Positions 55,488-64,000 of a stretch of DNA of 64,000 nucleotides are shown one piece after another (position 1 is the stretch's first letter; each line of letters starts with the position of its first letter). A program made the translations under genes and the position numbers. Source of the DNA: Octopus sinensis (taxonomy: Eukaryota); contig NC_042998.1 of assembly GCF_006345805.1 (NCBI RefSeq), positions 183,086,001 to 183,150,000 on the forward strand, read 5' to 3'. The notes below the pieces were generated by a model. The model was not told where the DNA came from, searched no databases, and saw only the letters and a program-made list of their open reading frames with translations.

Positions 55488-58249
55488 GAATATATTTATA
55501 CTTTAGAATAAAACGTTAGCTGAGTACAAAGCATATTATTAATTTATTAAATGAAGCTGTTTCTGAAATGAGAAACAGTGCACTCAGAGGTGAGTGCTTA
55601 TGCAACATCTTATTTCGGAAAAAATTTAAATACATGTAAGCTAATGAAGTTGATGACGTAATTCCTATTCCCTTGTCATTCAATAATTGATATGTTTGGT
55701 TTGAATGGAATTCAGTGTGACAATTAGACCATATTCTATTATATTTGTTGTAGTATGCCTAAGTACTGTATACGATAAGCTCGTAATTGTTATTATAAGA
55801 TTCTACCTAGATACCAATAATATAAAGTGCATTTAGTTATTATAGAAATATCATTAGTCAATGAAGTAATCCTATGAGAATTTTCATCCTGCAAGTGAAA
55901 CTCTAAAAAAACATTTATGTTGTAGCTATTTTAATGTTTCGGCAACAAACTGGCAAAGGTATTTATTCCAACACTTTGCACTTTTAGTCGAAAGCCTGCT
56001 GAAGTCAGTTTCGTTATTTGTACTTTTGACTTATTTAAGCTCTCCACTCCTAATGGAACAGAGGTCATCAATGACCTTTCTCTATTGTTCATGATTCTGG
56101 GTCATCTTTTCCTTAAGGCATGGCCTATCCCTGAGGGAAGGCTTTCTTCTAGGTGTTGTAGGTTTTGAATTGTCATCGATGTGTTGGAGCTATGCAAACC
56201 CATTTTTACTTTTGAAAAGAAGTAGTCCACTTTAGTCTGATCCCTCTCCTCTGGTGTACCTAGTATGGGAGGCCCTACCAGAAGCTTGTACCCCACTGGC
56301 TTAGCTCTCAGTCATTGAATCACACAAGCCACCACACTGTAACAAGGACTGGACCTTGAGACAGTCATACTTTCAAGGTAGATAAAAAAAATCATCCAAA
56401 GTGATAGATTGAAGAAATTCTTGAAGGATTGGACAAAATACCTTGCAGTATCTTATCTGATTCTTTGCATTCCATTATCAACTCTTGTGACAACACTTGT
56501 GCCAAGCCCAAGTTGACAGCTGTTTCCTGGGATAAACATCAGTAGCATGGAGAGAGAAGATTTAAATGTATTTGCAGTTGCCTGCCTTCCTTTAAAAAAA
56601 AATCTTACCCAGACCTGTATGTGCAGATATATGGTCATCATAAGCAATGAAGGTCTATGTTTAATGACTATGCTGTTGAAACATGGGGAAGAAAATTTTT
56701 CTGAATATTGTGTGAAAGACTATCATTGAATATCCAAGTGTTTTATGAATAATTAGATACATCAATACTCATCGAATGTATGGATTAGAATATGTAGAAT
56801 TTATTTTGTATATCCCATAAATTCACTAACTTGAAACTCGTGGATGTAAAAGTGTATATATCATTTTCTCTAAGAAATCATATTTTGAAAGTTCTCACTT
56901 ATTGAATACTCTGAAATATTTATTATAATCCTTAATCAGCATAGGATAATTCTATAATTCAATATTGCTTTCTATAAAAATAAGAACCAAATAAGATTTA
57001 TATATAAAAAATTAAGTAAAAATATATTATCTATAAATTTTTTTAAATATTAATGTTATGAATTAGACTATCAAGAATTAAGAATTACAATATCAATTAA
57101 GTTAGAAACACTTTGTGTGGCTAAAGTGATGAGTTATAGACTTTCGGGGTCAAGTTTTAATCCATACTATTTCAGATATTGTGTTAAGTTTCTTACCTTG
57201 ACCTCCAGGCTGACATTCCTAATTTTATTGCAAAAACGTTGACAGTAAGAAAGGTATCCAACTGGAAATAGTATGGTAAAAATAAGCATTAAAAAATGTA
57301 CATTTGAATAACATTTTCATATAAAGTCTGTATAAAAAAGAAAAAATTTAATTCATCCTGCTGAAGGCAACTTTGTTTCAACATTCTAGGATTGGTAAAA
57401 TAAAGTACCAGTCAAGTACTGAGATCAATTTATATTCCTATATGACATCCTACATGTGAATGGAATTGTAATAAAAAATGACTAGACAAAATTAATGTTT
57501 CTAAATTTTTCAATTCAGTCAAGATCAAAATTCCACTTGCAGTTTTCATAAATATACTTTATGTTTACAGAGGTTGTGAAGGACTGAGTTAGTTTTCATA
57601 GCTGACAGAACAGATTGACACAGAAATGCATGCATCTTGTGATCTAATGACAATGATGTCACTCACAGCCCAAAACAAAATATGTATTTACACATGTTTA
57701 AGAGAAGTTTTCCCCTGGACAGTTCTTACAGCAATAAGTCTTAGCACATCTGACTACAATTGAATGTATTAAACATTTGTTTACACATGTACAAAATATT
57801 TCTATTGTTACAAAAGTTTAAACTATAACTATTTATACTTTTCTCCAATTCTAAGCATACAAGTGAAAGATTAAGAAGATTGTATTTCAATTGTGTGGAT
57901 TTCAATTTGAACCTGCTGTGTAATACTTTGAAAAAGTCTTATATCTTAAGCTTGAATCAATCAAAGACTTCTGAATAAAATTTGGTAGATTGAAACTATG
58001 TGACAGCACTCTGGGAGAGACTGTCTGTTTTGGATTGCAGATTTAATTGATTATTTGGTTTGACCATTCTGTTATAATCCAAAAGTTCAATTTTGGGATA
58101 AATTCCTTTCTCTTTCTCACTAGTCTCAGAGACCTGAAGAGAGTCAGTGGCCCTAACTATACATCTGATTAAGCCAATAAATGTGTATGTGTGTGTGTGT
58201 ATACACACACACATATATATACATAGCATTTTATATATATATATATATA

Positions 58250-58575
58250 TAATAAGGTGTTATTAAGAAGCTTGCTTTCTAATTATATGGCCTTGGTTCA
58301 GTCTTACTGCACAGTGCCTTTGGGCAGGTGTCTTCCATTATAGCCCCAGGTCAACCAAAGCCTTGTGAGTGGATTTGGTAGATGGAAACTAAAAACAACA
58401 ACTGTCGTATAATGGTTCTTGAACAAAACACGTCCTTTCACATTGCTCCAGTTTACTCAGCTGACAAAAATGAGTAATCCTGTGACAGACCAACATCCTG
58501 TCCAGGTGTGGAATATGTACACCCTGGAAACCAGGAAACAAGCCCCATGAGTCTATATGACTCAGGAAGGAACTT
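58250..58575 (+). mobile_element. SINE
   Basis: tttgggcaggtgtcttccattatagcc...ccttgtgagtggatttggtagatggaaact, as in the 37072 family. Confidence 0.7.
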
Positions 58576-59268
58576 TACTTGTTTTATTTACATTATATTA
58601 TTTATATCTTTATCTAGTTCAACAGTTAAAAATGAATTATCTAAGCCTCAGAGTTTCTAAATTCCTAGGTTCTAAAACAACCTACTAATCTCACTGGTGG
58701 ATAGAAAGAAAAGGAGTGAAAGTGATCTCCCTTTTCATTTTCGTTTTTATTTATTTTACCAATTATTATTGTCTTTTCAGTTCCACAAAGCAGTTCCAGT
58801 TTGTGGTTTTTTTTAATTTATTTATTTTTCATTTTTGTTTTGTTTTAAACAGCACAAATTTCCATCTACAAAATAATATGAATCTTCTTTTGTTAGATAA
58901 TTTGTGCTATGGGGCCGTGTTCGCAATATCTCTCAACTGATGACTCTATAGACCTTCCAGATAAACCTGAAGAGGTAACTGTTCAGACAAATAAGCCTGC
59001 ATAACTGCATAATTTTACATTTTGTGCATTCACTACTTACTAAATTCTAACTAATGGCTATTCTGAACTCTGAGCATACATCAAGCTGATTTCTGAGTGT
59101 GTTTATCTTATGTATGTGTGAGTGCATGTATATATGTGTTTGTATGTGCATATATATAGATATAGATATAAATATAGATATATAGATTTAGATGAATATG
59201 GTACTTAAGTTGGGGCACCAGAATTTAGTATGGTATTATCCATACAATTTCAAAATAAGGTAATTAAA

Positions 59269-59824
59269 ATCAAAATAAGCAACAAGGATATCCAGAGGTA
59301 ATGCAGTACAATCGTTTCATGCTACTCCATTAAATTGAACAAGGCAATAATTACATCAATTTAAAATGTAGAACAATCTTCAGCTGCACAAAAACATAGA
59401 ATTTAATTAAATTTGAAGGACACATTAGTATTATTTTATCCAAAATCTCCAAGAGGATAAGGAGATAGACAAAGAACATGTTTTACCAACATCACAGTTG
59501 TAACTGAATTTTTTTCCAAAGAAGACACTGCTTTTCACTGATTATTTCTATTATTTAGTTTTAACTAGGGTGGGGAGAAGTTTTAATTTTATAGACTAGA
59601 TTATCAAATCTGAGAGAAGACAGAGGGTAGTATCATTTTGGGGTGGGGTAGAACAGATAGACATTCTAAGTGGCATAGCCATTTAATTAAATTCTATGTT
59701 TTTGTGCAGCTGAAGATTGCTCTACATTTTAAATTGATGTAATGATTGCATTGTTCAATTAAATGGAGTCGCATGAAACAATCGTATTGCATTACCTCTG
59801 GATATCCTTGCTGCTTATTTTGAT
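59269..59824. repeat. Inverted repeat pair, 59269-59412 and 59681-59824
   Basis: About 144-bp arms with few mismatches and a spacer of about 270 bp. Confidence 0.9.
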
Positions 59825-60027
59825 ATAGATATATAGATAGATAAATAGATATATGTACATATACGTGTATATGTAAATATACTGACACACATACACATAT
59901 ATTTACATATTCATGCTGTGTTCTGTTGCATGGAATCTCAACTTCTTTTTGGCCCTCATTTTTTTAAAGGTTTCTCCATATTTAAAATTTATTAGATTTC
60001 AAGTTTCTAAACAATGGAACAATAACA

Positions 60028-60054
60028 TATATACATACATACATACATACATAT

Positions 60055-60123
<69 letters not shown>

Positions 60124-60184
60124 ATCTATATGTGTATATCTATATATGTATCTATATATGTGTATATCTATATATGTATGTATG

Positions 60185-60243
<59 letters not shown>

Positions 60244-60364
60244 TATATAGATATGTATATATATATATATGTATCTATATATGTGTATATCTATATATGT
60301 ATCTATATATGTGTATATCTATATATGTATCTATATATGTGTATATCTATATATGTATGTATAT

Positions 60365-60403
<39 letters not shown>
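60028..60403. repeat. Compound TA/TG microsatellite with a higher-order unit (tatatgtgtatatc)
   Basis: Direct reading. Confidence 0.95.
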
Positions 60404-61953
60404 TGATTATTCTGTGTATGAATTCTCCATTTTCTTTGTATTGCTAAAATTTTTTCTCCTGTATCGAAAAGATGGAAACATCTGTAGCAACAACTGGAAA
60501 TTCAAAAGTGTAAAGTACTAATATTGAAGAAGAACAAATGATAAACACTTGTACATATGCACATGTAGAATTTCCAGTATTGCTAATTGATATAGAGCTA
60601 AACCAATGTACACTTGGATAAATATCTCTAGAAAAGAACAACCTCTTTCCACACAGACTTGTATATATATATAGTATGATGTTCACCTATTGATAGAATC
60701 AGCAAAAAAAGCACGGAATTCAGTGAGAGTGAAAGTTTATCTGAACACTACATTTTCCTAGCATGAAACTTGAAGTAGCTCATGTATTTCTCTTGTATAC
60801 ATTAAATTATATATATATATACCATATATATGTATAATATGTACCTACATATATATATGTATATACTGGATTTTCCTATCAAGAATGATATGTGAGAGTG
60901 CTTAGTGCCAAAATATGTAGCATTGTTAATGAACAACCTTTACAAAGTGTTTGTTTGTTTCAAATGCAATAAGTTTGCAAGGACCCTTCCCCACTCTCTA
61001 GTCCTAATTCTGTAACCTGAACATGTGCACATGTCAGACAAAAGGATGCATGCTACAGAAGGTAATATAGCCCAACTAGATTGATGCTGAATTCCCCTAC
61101 CCTTAAGGACAGCAAATCACATGTGAAGTTCCTTTGCCAGAGTTTGTGTAGCAATACCAAACATACATCTATGCATGTCACAGGCAGAAACTGGAATACA
61201 CCAAATAATGTATGGGACTGCTATTTGGTACACCAAACCATCTGCTGCCAGCTTTGGGATTTTTGAGCAGGTTTATTCCTGTTTTCTTAGTCCCTAATGC
61301 TTGACAGTTATTAACCCTATGTTGGGTAGCCACCCTCCTCACCAGGCTAGCCTGGTGGAAGTGCCAGTTTATTCACAACTCAATAAACTAACAGGTTTTA
61401 CTGGTTTACATGATATCAGTTGTATCCAGTAAAACTTGCCATACACACACACACACATATCCTCCTCATCATCATCACCATTATTAACATTATCATCTCC
61501 ATATTTTCATGCTTTATGGGTTGGACAAGTCTCAAAGTATCTTGCTTCCATTCATAGTACTTTGTTATCTGGTAAAGATAGCTAAAGAGGAAATGGCCAT
61601 GTATTATTTAATCATTTGTTTTTAATTTATTTTATTTTTATTTATTTATTTTTTTCTTTGTTTGGCATGGCTTTTATGGCTGAATGCGCTTTTTGTCACC
61701 AGCCACTTTGTAGTGTAAACTGGGAGCATTTTACCATACAACTGGAAGTAGAGACTTTCTTTGTATGTACTCTGCTCTGTATGAGATTTCATTTTAGAGT
61801 TAGTACTCTTCTAGATGGGTTGCTTCAGTGTGGCTTCTGGACTCCACATGTCTTTCATTCATTTTATCCTTTTTAGCATGGTTTTTGCTGCTAGTTGTCC
61901 TTCCTATTACCAGTTCCCTCTCTTTCTTATTGTGTGTGTGTACATGCATACAC

Positions 61954-61998
61954 ACAGTCTGATGATGGCTTAGCTGGTCAAAACTTTGCTGTCACTGT
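61954..61998 (+). ncRNA. Decayed type I hammerhead motif (G12 to A) in a probable Penelope-type repeat
   Basis: ACAGT-CTGATGA-T-GGC ttagctg GTC-AAAA-C tttgct GTC-ACTGT; stem I perfect, followed by aataaa. Confidence 0.6.
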
Positions 61999-63360
61999 CA
62001 AAACTATTCTTGCCAGAGATTAATAAATTTGTACCTTACAAAAGTATAGAGTAACCCTTGAAATTAATGTAAAATTGTTTTTATTATAAATGAACATAAA
62101 AACAGACATTAATATATATTTATGTATATATATATATATATATATAATCATCTGTCATCCATCTTCCATGGTCACATTAAAAGATGATGATGAAGATGAT
62201 ATACATGTGTGTATATACCTTATACATACATACACACACATGCATTTATATTATATGTAGATATATGCTGTGTATTATATGTGAGTGTGCATGTATGTGT
62301 ATATACATATAAGAATGTATATGTGTGTATATATATATATATGAATGTATATATTTATGCATAAATATGAATGTTTATGTATATATACAAATATATATAT
62401 ATATATATAACATGTACATATTTTATTGTCATATAATTTTTATTGTTATGCATATATATGCATCACACACTATATCATCTTCTTTACTATTTTACATCAA
62501 TAGTTATGATATATATGTATGTATGTATGTAGTAATACGAATGATTTCACATAGGTGTTTCACAGATGGTTGATAGACAACAAATGTGCACATTTAGGAT
62601 CTATGAAGAAACATAGCAATGACAGGTGTGGAGGAAGTGAGTTCTGCATGCAAAGCCATTCGATGAAGTGAATAAAAAAAATTAGCATTTTTATAGGGGA
62701 GAATACTTATATCAATTTCATATTAATAATGCAGAGGATGTAACTCATGGACAAAAGAGTTGTGTCTTCAGCAAGAGAAGAAGCAAGGGTAGAAGTCGAT
62801 ATAAAAAGGCAGAAAAAAGGGAGAGACGTGAAGTAGCTCCTGAATGATGTGTGATTCAGAAGCTATGAGAAGTAGAACATCACTACACTGGCCAAGCACA
62901 TATGGGCTCTGAAGGAGATCCCCAACTATGACACGGTATCCGATGGCGATTATTAGAGAAATACAAGTCTTATTCCAATGGTAGAAGATGTGGACTGATC
63001 TTAGAAAAGAAGTAATGAATAGTTAAATTCTCCTGCACAACCAGTGTAAACTTAAATGCCAAGTTGAGACAGTTATACCTGGCTTACACAAACAGAAGTA
63101 CATTCTCAAGTACTGGTCTAAGCTGCCATAGGCAAGTCAACACCAATGTTTCTTCATTCCCTGTGACTTCTCATGGTCAGCTCCCCATGCACTTCATTCT
63201 TTCATGCCATCATCACATCATTTCTTTGAACGTTCATTCCTCTCTCCCTCCTTTTTTATTTCTCCCCTTTCTTTTAATTGTCCCCCTCCATTTTCATTCT
63301 CTCTCTCTCTCATCAGGAATATAACTCTTCAAATATCAACTGAGTTACACTGTTAACACA

Positions 63361-63667
63361 TCTTTATATATAAAATTGAAGTTGTGTGTGTGAGACTCTG
63401 TCTCCTCCGATTTAGATTCCTAACTACTCCCACATTTTGCAGTGCAGTTTAACCAAAAGCGGGTATCTTATAGTCGTCATTCATATCGAGCCCTTCTGGG
63501 TATTAGCGTGCGTCTAGAATGAGTCTACGATTTAAAAAAAAATTTACCATCATTTTTCCGCATTTTTAATGATTTTTGCTCGGGTTATATAAGGGAAGTA
63601 ACTCTCTAAAAATGCTTATATAGTTATTTCCCTTACAAATCTGAGCAACGCCAGGCGATACTGCTAG
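63361..63667 (+). mobile_element. Non-autonomous Helitron
   Basis: A|TC 5' end, CTAG|T 3' end, subterminal hairpin gcaacgccaggcgatactgc, CpGs retained. Confidence 0.75.
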
Positions 63668-64000
63668 TAATAATTAAAATACATTTTCCTTAAAAAAATG
63701 TTAATTTTCCTATTCCCTTTCGTCAAAGGTATTATGTGCAGAACTCACTTCATCCAAAGCTATTTTAGGTGTAGTCATCCTCAGATCTTAAATGTGCACA
63801 TCCTATGTGAAATATGATGTGAAATCATTTGTTTGTATGATTATTATTAAATAATACATCAATACTATTTCATATAGCTGCATGTTCATCATTGATGTGT
63901 GTGTATGTATATTTGGCTATGAACCACACCTCCTCACATAAATACATGTGAGGGAGAGGGGTGAGAGAGAAATACTCAATGAAACAATGAGAGGAGAGCA

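Noticed and set aside
53944-64000. Search for the Slo1 terminal exon expected to follow TDQ
   Set aside because: No acceptor followed by a matching peptide was recognised; probably beyond the window.

Overview
AT-rich, microsatellite- and SINE-dense animal DNA; the repeat types suggest an octopus or other coleoid cephalopod (inference, not verified by search). The window appears to lie entirely inside one + strand gene, the Slo1/slowpoke (KCNMA1) BK channel. Seven in-frame GT-AG exons at 46312-53943 encode the end of the RCK1-RCK2 linker and RCK2, including the calcium bowl. The 46 kb before them is intronic sequence at the linker splice site and holds several candidate micro- and cassette exons; the terminal exon was not found. 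The introns carry LINE remnants (RTE, CR1-like, REL-endonuclease type), a Chapaev-like DNA transposon, a non-autonomous Helitron, MITEs and foldback hairpins, tRNA-derived SINEs and Penelope-type repeats. The most notable find is at 54995-55487: about 1.4 copies of a 357-bp structured unit containing a type I hammerhead ribozyme motif in the sense of the Slo1 pre-mRNA, matching the architecture of a non-LTR retrozyme. Several smaller variant or decayed hammerhead motifs also occur.
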